Positions 47,319 to 55,909 of a DNA stretch of 64,000 nt are shown piece after piece. Positions within the stretch are counted from its first letter, which is position 1; every line of letters begins with the position of its first letter. Source of the DNA: an uncultured Calditrichaceae bacterium (lineage in GTDB: Bacteria > Calditrichota > Calditrichia > RBG-13-44-9); NCBI GenBank assembly GCA_964495805.1, contig CAZBWV010000051.1:8973-72972 (forward strand). Reading direction: 5' to 3'. Under the pieces are notes generated by a model. The model saw nothing but the letters and a program-made list of their open reading frames with translations. It did not search any database and was not told the DNA's origin. The translations under genes and the position numbers were made by a program.

Positions 47319-48875
47319 GTGAAGAGGAAAAAGGGAATGCTACCCGGAAGTTGGAGAATCTGTTGGGTTGTGTGGCTGGTGATTGCATTAGTGTGGAGTT
47401 CACCGGCGCAGGATGATGGCGAAGCGTGTACCATCGGAGTGGCTTCGGGAATGGCAACCAGCGATGGCCGTCCGTTGCTCTGGAAAACCCGCGACAACAG
47501 CGACAAACCCAACAACGAAGTGGTGTTTAACACCTCCTACCGATATGGTTTTGTTGAAGTGGTCAATGCCGGTGGGTCGTATGCCTGGATGGGGGTTAAC
47601 GAAAAAGGTTTTGCCATTGTGAACTCTTACGCAGGGGATTTGCCGGCAGCCTCTTCCGGAATGACCAACGGGTTGTTAATGAAGGTTGCTCTGGGTACCT
47701 GTGCCTCTGTGGCTGATTTTGAGCATTTGCTGGACAGCACCAACGTCACCGGTCGGAAAACCCGGGCCAATTTCGGCGTCATCGATTCCACTGGCGCAGC
47801 GGCTATTTTCGAGACGGCAGGATATGTGTACTGGAAATTCGATGCCACGGACAGCACCCAGGCACCGGAAGGCTATATCGTACGGACGAATTTTGCCCTG
47901 AATGGCGGAGGAACCAGTGGTATCGAGCGGTACATCCGTTCCAACAATTTGATTCACACTTTCTGGAGCGGCGACTCTTTGAACTACCGATCGGTGCTGC
48001 GCTACCAGATGCGCGATTTTTCCGACAGCAGTTCCAATCCCATTCCCATTCCCTACCATGGTTACTGGGCGGGCGGTTACCCCTACGGTTACATCGATGC
48101 CAGTTACAGTATTTGCCGCTGGTCGTCCGTCTCTGCTGCAGTGATTCAGGGTGTGTTGCCGGGCGAGTCACCTCGATTATCCACCATGTACACCCATCTG
48201 GGGCAACCGGCGATGGGCATATTCGTTCCCTACTGGCCGGTGGGTACCACACCACCGGTGGCGAACGGAAGCCCCACTGCTCCTCTGTGCGATGTCGCCA
48301 ATCTGATTCGCTCCCATGTATTCGATTTTTATTATGACAAACACTATTTGAATAGTTTTAAGTTGCGAGACGATGATGGAACAGGCATCTGGAGCCAGAC
48401 TTTTCCCGCAGAAGATTCAATTCTGGCAGTTACCGACTCTGTGTTAGCCCTGTGGCGGTCTCAAATGCCCTCCTCCACGGAGATGCGCATCGTGGAATAT
48501 CAGCTGGCGAATTATGCTTACGGAAAGATTCAGCAGGTGCTGGGGTGGATTTCTACCATCACTTCTCCCGTTTCCGAAACCGCCCCCGGCGATTTTCGGA
48601 TTGTGGGCAGTTACCCCAATCCGTTTAATGCGGAAACGGTGGTGGAGTTTACCGTACCGGTTCGCCAGCGAGTCGAGCTGGCTGTGTTTAACATTTTAGG
48701 GCAGTGTGTTGCCACTTTGTTGTCCGGTTCGGTGAGTCCCGGCACGCATCGGGTGCGGTGGAAAGCAGGTGGTTTCCCCTCCGGGGTGTATCTGGTCCGG
48801 TTGAAGGTGCCGGGAACCGCGAATACCATGCCATCTCGCTCCATGCACATAACCAGGGTGGTGCTGTTGAAATAG
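47319..48875 (+). CDS. T9SS-secreted Ntn-hydrolase-like protein, paralog of 45807-47282, type-A CTD
   Basis: GVASGMATSDGRPLLWKTRD aligns with the paralog motif; note that the Cys is replaced by Met or Thr here. C-terminus SYPNPFNAETVVEF...GVYLVRLKVPG...RVVLLK. Confidence 0.45.
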   Translation: MKRKKGMLPGSWRICWVVWLVIALVWSSPAQDDGEACTIGVASGMATSDGRPLLWKTRDNSDKPNNEVVFNTSYRYGFVEVVNAGGSYAWMGVNEKGFAIVNSYAGDLPAASSGMTNGLLMKVALGTCASVADFEHLLDSTNVTGRKTRANFGVIDSTGAAAIFETAGYVYWKFDATDSTQAPEGYIVRTNFALNGGGTSGIERYIRSNNLIHTFWSGDSLNYRSVLRYQMRDFSDSSSNPIPIPYHGYWAGGYPYGYIDASYSICRWSSVSAAVIQGVLPGESPRLSTMYTHLGQPAMGIFVPYWPVGTTPPVANGSPTAPLCDVANLIRSHVFDFYYDKHYLNSFKLRDDDGTGIWSQTFPAEDSILAVTDSVLALWRSQMPSSTEMRIVEYQLANYAYGKIQQVLGWISTITSPVSETAPGDFRIVGSYPNPFNAETVVEFTVPVRQRVELAVFNILGQCVATLLSGSVSPGTHRVRWKAGGFPSGVYLVRLKVPGTANTMPSRSMHITRVVLLK

Positions 48876-48992
48876 ATTTGGCCAATTGCCGGAGCCGAAA
48901 ATGGTGCTGTCGGGCAATCTGATGTCCGTTTTCTTTTTTCCGGGAAGATAATTGTCAGTCGGGAAGTTCCAGGTTCCGGTGGCTGCGATGAT

Positions 48993-50696
48993 TTGCGAGA
49001 AATAGCGAAGGGTGGAAAAACCATGCGAAACATCTCTCGAATTCGACCGGTGCTGGTGCTTGTCGCCGCACTTTTTTGTGGGTTTGTTCTGCTGACCGGT
49101 GCGGGAAACGCTCAGGATGTGGTGGCTTCGCACGGAATGGTCGCCAGTGCGCATCCGCTGGCTTCCCGGGCCGGACTGGAAATATTGCAGCAGGGCGGCA
49201 ATGCTGTGGATGCGGCCGTTGCCACCGCATTCGCTCTGGGAGTGGTGGAACCCAACGCCTCGGGGATAGGCGGCGGCGGTTTTATGGTGATTCGAACAGC
49301 AGACGGGCGAACGGTCACCATTGACTATCGTGAAGTGGCACCGCAAAAAGCAACAGCGGATTTGTACTACCGAACCAGCGAGAGTTTCGACAGCTTGACT
49401 CACCACGGTCCCATGTCTATCGGTGTACCCGGAACAGTTGCCGGGTTGACGCTGGCGCTGGAGAAGTATGGTACCCTGCCCCTGAGTCGGGTTCTGCAAC
49501 CGGCCATCCGCTATGCCGAAGAGGGATTTCCGGTCAGTGCCAAACTTTCTGACATCATCATGCAGAAATACGAAATTATTCAGATGTTTCCCGCAACGGC
49601 GGCCATCTATCTGGACAACGGTTTACCCCTCATGGCCGGAAATGTGTTGAAAAATCCCGACCTGGCAGCAACCTACCGACTTCTCTCGGATAGTGGCGCA
49701 ACTGCTTTTTACCGCGGGCATCTGGCGCGGGAAATAGTCCGGCAGGTTCAGGCGCTGGGTGGCATCCTTACCATGGCGGATTTGCAACAGTATCGAGCAT
49801 TGGAGAAGACACCCGTTCAGGGAAGTTACCGGGGATATCACATCGTTTCTTCGGCTCCTCCCACCGGAGGGGGCACCCATCTGGTTGAACTGCTGAATAT
49901 TCTGGAGCAAACCAATGTGAACAGTCTGGGACACAACAGTGCGGATTATCTTCATCTGCTGGCTGAGGCCATGAAGATGGTTCTGGCCGATAAAGCGTAC
50001 AACATGGGCGATCCCGCATTTTACCGGGTGCCGGTGGAAAAACTTACCAGCAAAGCCTATGCGGAATCGCTCTTTACCTGCATTGATATGCAACATGCCC
50101 GTTTCGATTATCAGCCTCCGCACTGGATTGCCCCGGAGTCCCGCAATACCACCCATCTTTCCGTGGTGGATTCCCTCGGGAATGTGGTGGCGCTTACCCA
50201 GAGTATTAATTTGTGGTTTGGTTCCGGGGTGGTGGTGGAGGGTACGGGAATTTTGCTCAACAACCATTTGCGGGATTTCGACAAACGTCCCGGACATCCC
50301 AATTCCATCCAGCCGGGGAAGCGTCCCGTCAGCAGCATCGCACCAACCATTGTGCTAAAGGGAGATGCCCCATTCCTGACCATTGGTACGCCAGGCGGAA
50401 CACGCATTATCGGCGCACTGGCGCAAATTCTGGTAAATATCATCGATTTTGGTATGGGCATCGACCAGGCCATCGAAGCACCCAGAATTCACGCTTACAA
50501 AAAAACGCTCCATGCAGAAGGCCGAATTCCGGAAACCGTTCTTGAAACGTTGAAACAGCGCGGACACCGGGTTAAAGTACACGACAACTACGATGCTTAT
50601 TTTGGTGGGGCTCAGGGCATTTTGATTGATTCTGAAACGGGTGAACTGCGAGGTGGGGCGGATTCTCGCCGGGATGGGGTGGCCATGGGATATTAA
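48993..50696 (+). CDS. ggt: gamma-glutamyltranspeptidase
   Basis: Signal peptide. Threonine nucleophile block TTHLSVVDSLGNVVALTQSINLWFGSGVVVEGTGILLNN, then PTIVLKGD...TIGTPGGTRII. Colinear with E. coli GGT. Confidence 0.9.
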   Translation: MREIAKGGKTMRNISRIRPVLVLVAALFCGFVLLTGAGNAQDVVASHGMVASAHPLASRAGLEILQQGGNAVDAAVATAFALGVVEPNASGIGGGGFMVIRTADGRTVTIDYREVAPQKATADLYYRTSESFDSLTHHGPMSIGVPGTVAGLTLALEKYGTLPLSRVLQPAIRYAEEGFPVSAKLSDIIMQKYEIIQMFPATAAIYLDNGLPLMAGNVLKNPDLAATYRLLSDSGATAFYRGHLAREIVRQVQALGGILTMADLQQYRALEKTPVQGSYRGYHIVSSAPPTGGGTHLVELLNILEQTNVNSLGHNSADYLHLLAEAMKMVLADKAYNMGDPAFYRVPVEKLTSKAYAESLFTCIDMQHARFDYQPPHWIAPESRNTTHLSVVDSLGNVVALTQSINLWFGSGVVVEGTGILLNNHLRDFDKRPGHPNSIQPGKRPVSSIAPTIVLKGDAPFLTIGTPGGTRIIGALAQILVNIIDFGMGIDQAIEAPRIHAYKKTLHAEGRIPETVLETLKQRGHRVKVHDNYDAYFGGAQGILIDSETGELRGGADSRRDGVAMGY

Positions 50697-50738
50697 CCGG
50701 CAGGGATGTGCACAAACGTAAAGAAAAAGGAGATATCA

Positions 50739-51782
50739 ATGAATATCGGCCAGGGGAGTCGTCTGTGGCGCCGCGGAGGAATTTTTTTGCTCTTTTTATT
50801 GCTGGTTCAGCTTTCCTGTACCGCTCAGTTAAGTGATGAGCAAAAGTTCGAGCGCTTTTTTCACAAAAAGTCGCCCACCATTTTAGTTACCGATTCCGGG
50901 TTGGGCGGGGTATCCATTGCTGCGGATGTGGTGGAGCGCTTGAAGCCATCCGGCCTGTTTCAATCCGCCAGGGTGGTATTTTTCAACGCTCAACCGCACC
51001 TAAAAAGCGGTTACAACCGCATGAAAACCACCGAACAAAAAGTGCACGTCTTCGAGAATGCTCTGCAAGCTATGGAGAAGACGTTCCATCCGGATATGAT
51101 TCTGATTGGATGCAACACACTTTCCGTACTCTATCCGTACACCCGGTTTGCCAGCCAAACGCAAATTCCGGTGGTGGGTATTGTGCGCACCGGAGTAAAG
51201 GTGATTGAGCAGGCGTACCGGAAGTATCCCGACGCCCAGATTTTTATTTTTGCTACAAAGACCACCGTAAAGCAGGGAAAGCACAAGCAGTTGCTGGTGC
51301 AGGATGGAATTCCGACAGACCACATCATTGCGCAGGCCTGCCCCGGACTGGCCGGTCGCATTGAGCGCGGCCCGGATAGTCCGGAAACACGTGCCCGGGT
51401 GCAAAAATATGTGGATCGAGCGCTGGAAAGCTTTGCCGATACCACCCGACCAATTCTGGTTAGCTTGAATTGCACCCATTACGGATATGTGCGTCACCTG
51501 TTTGAGGAAGCGTTTCAGAAACGCGGTTACCAGGTGGCGGACGTTCTGGACCCCAATCCGTATCTGGGAGATTTTCTGTTTCGGACGGATTACCTGCACC
51601 GCTATCCAGAAACAGATGTGAGTGTGGAAGTGTATTCCCAGCCGGTGCTTCCCCGGCAACGTCTGGAGAATATTGCTCGCCTGATCGAAAAGCGCTCTCC
51701 CCAAACAGCGGAAGCGTTGCGGCAGTGTCAGTTTACTCCCGATCTGTTCGAATGGAAGTCCATTGCCGGGGATACGCAGTAG
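50739..51782 (+). CDS. Asp/Glu racemase superfamily protein (glutamate racemase-like) with predicted signal peptide
   Basis: AAGGAG Shine-Dalgarno 6 nt before the ATG at 50739. Signal peptide (MNIGQGSRLWRRGGIFLLFLLLVQLSCTAQ). ILVTDSGLGGVSIA and the two catalytic-Cys blocks MILIGCNTLS and ILVSLNCTHYGYV match the MurI-type DSGxGG / xCNT / GCTHYP motifs. Confidence 0.5.
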   Translation: MNIGQGSRLWRRGGIFLLFLLLVQLSCTAQLSDEQKFERFFHKKSPTILVTDSGLGGVSIAADVVERLKPSGLFQSARVVFFNAQPHLKSGYNRMKTTEQKVHVFENALQAMEKTFHPDMILIGCNTLSVLYPYTRFASQTQIPVVGIVRTGVKVIEQAYRKYPDAQIFIFATKTTVKQGKHKQLLVQDGIPTDHIIAQACPGLAGRIERGPDSPETRARVQKYVDRALESFADTTRPILVSLNCTHYGYVRHLFEEAFQKRGYQVADVLDPNPYLGDFLFRTDYLHRYPETDVSVEVYSQPVLPRQRLENIARLIEKRSPQTAEALRQCQFTPDLFEWKSIAGDTQ

Positions 51783-51789
51783 ATGAGAA

Positions 51790-52902
51790 TCAGGAGGGAG
51801 TCTTTTTTAAGAAGAACATCATGAGCACGAGTAACATGAGGGAAAAAATAGCCAGCGGACGGGTAGCCCGGGTGCGGAAGTAAGGGAGATGAAGTCCCGG
51901 TGGAATAAATCGACCGGGAGCAATGGGAAGCCCGTATCGGGAGGCCAATCCGCGGATGTCCAACAGGTGAATAACCGGAATTCCACGCCGTAGAAAGTAA
52001 AAAATCAGCCCGGAGTTAGGTTGGAGGGAGGAAGCGTGTCGTCGAACCACTCCCCCGGGGAGAAGCGCTGCCGCCGTTCCTTCCCCCAACGCAGTTTGAT
52101 TTCCCCCGATATTGATGAAACAGCGAATCCGATGCTGCCGGGTGAACAGAGCGATTTTCCGTTGAATGGCTTCGGTCAAATCTTTCGGAACGGTCAGAGG
52201 GTAACCGTTCCGTTGAACGGCCTGGCGAACCAGTTCCATTCCGGTGTGGTAAAAAGACGAGCCGTTGTCCTGGTTACCTCCCGGGGTAACCAGCTCACTG
52301 CGGTGGTGGATGATGCCCCGGCGAAAGAGAATCTGTTCCATATCCGGATAAGTAAACCCGGGGAGATTGGCGCCATAACTGCTGGCACCCACCGAAGCGG
52401 AAATCACCGGCTGGAGTCCCAGCGTTTCGCAGGCTACGATTGCGGCAATGTTGAGTGCCGGGAAGGAACCGGAACACTGGATGCCCACTTCATCGCCGGG
52501 CTGCAAAGGGAGTTCGTAAAGCCAGCGTACCAGAAGGGCGGCAAAATCCGGCTGCGCACTGGTTTGCTTGGCCGCTAAATTTCCCAGTGTGGTGGTGATG
52601 GGAGTGAATTCCGTGCCGATGAACCCGGTGCGCGCCGGGTCCAGCCCGGAAAGGATGGGGATATCCTGAAGTGTTCGTTCCTCACGAATTACCTGAATTG
52701 CCCGGTGCATGGTAGCAGAAGCCTCCACCATGGCACGGTAGGCGGGATGAAACTCCCGAGTGGGGAAATAACCGTACATGGTGAGCAGAAAAATAGCCAA
52801 CAGGGTGGCGATTACATAGCGTATGGTGTGGTGTCTGAGATTCATTTTTGAAATACCACTTTTCGTTGAATAAACGGAGAAATTGTCCCGGGGCGGATGC
52901 AA
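51790..52902 (-). CDS. membrane-anchored poly-gamma-glutamate system accessory protein (non-CapA type), putative
   Basis: Third gene directly downstream of pgsB and pgsC on the same strand. N-terminal TM anchor. It lacks the metallophosphatase motifs of CapA/PgsA. Confidence 0.35.
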   Translation of the reverse strand: MHPPRDNFSVYSTKSGISKMNLRHHTIRYVIATLLAIFLLTMYGYFPTREFHPAYRAMVEASATMHRAIQVIREERTLQDIPILSGLDPARTGFIGTEFTPITTTLGNLAAKQTSAQPDFAALLVRWLYELPLQPGDEVGIQCSGSFPALNIAAIVACETLGLQPVISASVGASSYGANLPGFTYPDMEQILFRRGIIHHRSELVTPGGNQDNGSSFYHTGMELVRQAVQRNGYPLTVPKDLTEAIQRKIALFTRQHRIRCFINIGGNQTALGEGTAAALLPGGVVRRHASSLQPNSGLIFYFLRRGIPVIHLLDIRGLASRYGLPIAPGRFIPPGLHLPYFRTRATRPLAIFSLMLLVLMMFFLKKTPS

Positions 52903-52920
52903 ATATTAACTATGTGCAAT

Positions 52921-53352
52921 TCAAAAATAAATTAACTGAAGAAGGAAAAAAACAACCGCCGAGACCACCGCCATTCCGGCAAATGTTTTCAGCACCCCCT
53001 GACGCAAAAATTCGTTGGCCATCAGACCAGGGATAATGTAACCGATAGCCCGCAGGTCCATTCCGGTTTCCGGGAGAAACCACAGAAGGTAATCCGCTCC
53101 TAATCGCAGAACAAATCCGAACAAAATGGCTAACAGAAAGCGGCGGCGACCAAAAATTATCAACCGCTGTTGCAGCAGGTAAACCAATCCTGCAGAGATG
53201 AGCGCTAATAGAATAGTAACACCAATCCGCCCGGGTTGCTGAATAAACAGAGCCAGATATCCGGGTACCACAATTCCTCCGGCGGTTAAGCCGGTCAGCT
53301 CAAAAAATAAAAATCCGATGAAAATACCCAGTCCAAAAGCGGAAAGAATCAT
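52921..53352 (-). CDS. pgsC: poly-gamma-glutamate biosynthesis protein PgsC/CapC
   Basis: 143-aa membrane protein. GGIVVPGYLALFIQQP and IIPGLMANEFLRQG align closely with B. subtilis PgsC (GLVVPGYLGLVF... and IVPGLIANTIQKQG). Confidence 0.8.
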   Translation of the reverse strand: MILSAFGLGIFIGFLFFELTGLTAGGIVVPGYLALFIQQPGRIGVTILLALISAGLVYLLQQRLIIFGRRRFLLAILFGFVLRLGADYLLWFLPETGMDLRAIGYIIPGLMANEFLRQGVLKTFAGMAVVSAVVFFLLQLIYF

Positions 53353-53500
53353 TGATGAGTCCTTTGCTTAAGTTTAAAAATTTCAAACGGTTCCTTTCCG
53401 AATCTCCTGCCTTTCTCTGTTGCTATCTCAATATACAGGAATCCACAAGGGGATTTGCTCACTTTTCTGTTCGCTGGAAAAAAGTCTCTCCGTTTTTTCT

Positions 53501-54667
53501 TTACTCTGTGTGATCGGTGCCGGGTAAAAAATGTTCGGCATCGCGATGGTTGGCCAGGGCAAACAGGGTGGTGGGTCGGTTAAATCCCTGACGAAGCCGT
53601 CGGCCGGTTTCCCGGAAGTTCAGTACCTCTACTTTACCGGAGAATGAGTTGAGCAATCGTTTTCCCAGATGTCGTCCGCTGCCGGTGAGCCACACCTGCG
53701 ATTCGGGAAACATGCGTTGTACCAGACGGATAAAGTCCTGGCTTCGCAGTGGGCGATCCTGACGCAAGTTCAGTAGCACGACCTGTTCGTTGCTGATAGG
53801 TAGCAGACTTTGCAGATGGTTGATCAGCTTCCCGGCGGTGGGAGCGTCGTTTACCGAGAGCAGGTTAATCAGATGAAATTGCTGGTCGGGGAAATTCCGG
53901 ACAATGTTGCGGTCAATTCCTTCCCACACTTCCCGAAATGCCCGGGTGGTTTCCACCGACGAAACACCCAGATCCCCAAGCAGTGCAGAGAGCAAACCCC
54001 ACTGGCTTTCGATGAGCTCTCCGGGAAAATGAACCGGTCGATAGGCAGGAGGAACTGTCGGACAGAGGCGAAACCCGGTCGTTTCTGCCGAAATATGGGG
54101 TAGAAAAACTTCCTGCTCTGTTTCCGGAAGGTATATGTGAGCCTGCAGACGAAGGCAACGTGATAGTGTGGCGGCAATTTCCGCCCGGGTTTGTCCCATC
54201 ACCTCCCGGTGGTCAACCTCCGCACCGGTCAGTAGAATGTGAGTGGGGCGAAAGATATGCCTGGCCAGAATCTGCTGATTCTCCGCCTGGAGCGCATTGC
54301 ATTCCAGTATTACTGCACGAGGATGTTCCTGAGCCACGCGAAATAAAAACCAGATATTCTCCCGAATACCTGCCGGTGCGCGACGAACCACCATCCGGGT
54401 TCTACCATCGGACTGGTAGATCAAAGGTGCGTCTCCGGTGGTTTTAGCTACGGCGGAAATTCCAGAGCGGTTTAGTGCAAGATGAATGATTTTCACGGCG
54501 GTGGACTTGCCACGAGTGCCATTCACTAAAATGCGCAATGGAACGCTCCGCAGAATCCGTTGCAGCATCCATTGCTCCATACCAAAGGCAATTAGCAAAA
54601 GACCGAGAGAAAAGAGGTAAATAATGGCGGTCACCTTTCTTTTTTGCCGATGAAAAATACTTCCCAT
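53501..54667 (-). CDS. pgsB: poly-gamma-glutamate synthase PgsB/CapB (Mur-ligase-like amide ligase)
   Basis: N-terminal TM helix, then the P-loop block ILVNGTRGKSTAVKII (matches VNINGIRGKSTVTRL in PgsB). Length 388 aa. Confidence 0.8.
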   Translation of the reverse strand: MGSIFHRQKRKVTAIIYLFSLGLLLIAFGMEQWMLQRILRSVPLRILVNGTRGKSTAVKIIHLALNRSGISAVAKTTGDAPLIYQSDGRTRMVVRRAPAGIRENIWFLFRVAQEHPRAVILECNALQAENQQILARHIFRPTHILLTGAEVDHREVMGQTRAEIAATLSRCLRLQAHIYLPETEQEVFLPHISAETTGFRLCPTVPPAYRPVHFPGELIESQWGLLSALLGDLGVSSVETTRAFREVWEGIDRNIVRNFPDQQFHLINLLSVNDAPTAGKLINHLQSLLPISNEQVVLLNLRQDRPLRSQDFIRLVQRMFPESQVWLTGSGRHLGKRLLNSFSGKVEVLNFRETGRRLRQGFNRPTTLFALANHRDAEHFLPGTDHTE

Positions 54668-54784
54668 TCGGCGAACAAAGCAACCGGAAGATGGATTGTA
54701 CGGAAAGAAATTTTATTCTCCCGTTTGAAATGCTGGCGAAAAAGTTTAATTTTTGCCCCTGGTGATCATAGAAAGGGTGCTGGT

Positions 54785-55669
54785 ATGGCGCTGGTAATTG
54801 TGGCGGTTGTTCTGGTAATGGCAGTGCTTTTATTGAATCGCCTGTTGGGTAAGCTGTACACCAATCCGGTTCGGAAAAATCGCACTACACCTGCGGACAT
54901 TGGTCTGGAATTCCGGGAGACACGGATTCCCACCGAAAATGACCGTCAGCTTTATGGCTGGTGGATTCCCGCCAGAGAAGCCTCTTCCGTGACGCTGGTA
55001 CTGGTGCACGGTTGGGGCCAGAATTCCGAGAAAATGCTTCCCTTTGTCAAAGAACTGCATCCACGGGGATACAATCTGGTTACCTTCGACGGACGGAGCC
55101 ATGGGCAGAGCGACCACGATGGCTATTCCACCATGCTTAAATTTGCCCGGGATATTTCCGCAACCATTGATTTTGTGCAGCAGACTTACCCGGAGCGCAG
55201 CAAGACGGTGGGTGTCATTGGTTTTTCCATCGGTGGAGCAGCAACCATCTATGCTGCGGTGCATGATACCCGTATTGCCCTGGCCGTGAGCGTGGGAGCA
55301 TTTGCCCATCCCCTGGACGTTATGCGCATGGAGCTGGAAAAGAAACATGTTCCTTACATCCCTTTTGTGTGGTTGCTGTTTCGCTATGTGGAATTGCGAG
55401 TGGGATTTCGGTTCGACAGTATTGCTCCGGTTCGCAATATACCCCGGCTGCGCACACCGTTGATGCTCATTCACGGAGAGAAAGATCCGGTGGTGCCAAT
55501 TACTCAGGCACGCAAAATACTGGCTGCTGCTCCGAACGGGCTGGTAGAATCCTGGTTTGTGCCGGGCAAAGGCCATTTCGACGCCATTACGCACCCGGAA
55601 TTCTGGCCGCGTGTTCTGGAATTTCTGCAGCGAAAACTAAAACAGAATGCCTCCACTGCCGAAAAATGA
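54785..55669 (+). CDS. alpha/beta-hydrolase fold protein with N-terminal membrane anchor
   Basis: Start moved to the ATG at 54785; the annotated 54644 start overlaps pgsB. LVHGWGQNSEKMLPF and the GFSIGG nucleophile elbow are present. His and Asp residues in the C-terminal third. Confidence 0.7.
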   Translation: MALVIVAVVLVMAVLLLNRLLGKLYTNPVRKNRTTPADIGLEFRETRIPTENDRQLYGWWIPAREASSVTLVLVHGWGQNSEKMLPFVKELHPRGYNLVTFDGRSHGQSDHDGYSTMLKFARDISATIDFVQQTYPERSKTVGVIGFSIGGAATIYAAVHDTRIALAVSVGAFAHPLDVMRMELEKKHVPYIPFVWLLFRYVELRVGFRFDSIAPVRNIPRLRTPLMLIHGEKDPVVPITQARKILAAAPNGLVESWFVPGKGHFDAITHPEFWPRVLEFLQRKLKQNASTAEK

Positions 55670-55713
55670 ACTGAACCGCAAGCGATTTCTTCTATTCGGA
55701 ATAAATTCCTGCC

Positions 55714-55743
55714 GGAAATGGAAAAATTTTTCCTGTAATTTCC
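55714..55743. promoter_or_regulatory. nested inverted repeat GGAAAT-GGAAAAATTTTTCC-N4-ATTTCC upstream of the RND efflux operon, candidate operator
   Basis: A 14-bp perfect palindrome (55720-55733) is flanked by a second pair of GGAAAT/ATTTCC arms. It lies about 170 bp upstream of the MFP gene in an AT-rich leader. Confidence 0.3.
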
Positions 55744-55909
55744 AAAAAATGTTTTTATGAACTGAAATAATTCTTTAACTTTAGTGAAATGTGTGAATTA
55801 TTATCTTGAGGGTAGGAGTTTTGTTGCCATAAACCCGCTACTTTTAACTCCTTGGTAGAATTTTCAAATTGATAAACATGATGAACACTGTTTTATTGGA
55901 GGTCTCGGA

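Noticed and set aside
48696-50297. Minus-strand ORFs (48696-49499 and 49623-50297) opposite the GGT gene and the end of the Ntn-hydrolase gene
   Set aside because: The GGT call on the plus strand is essentially certain (TTH nucleophile block), and these are antisense artefacts.
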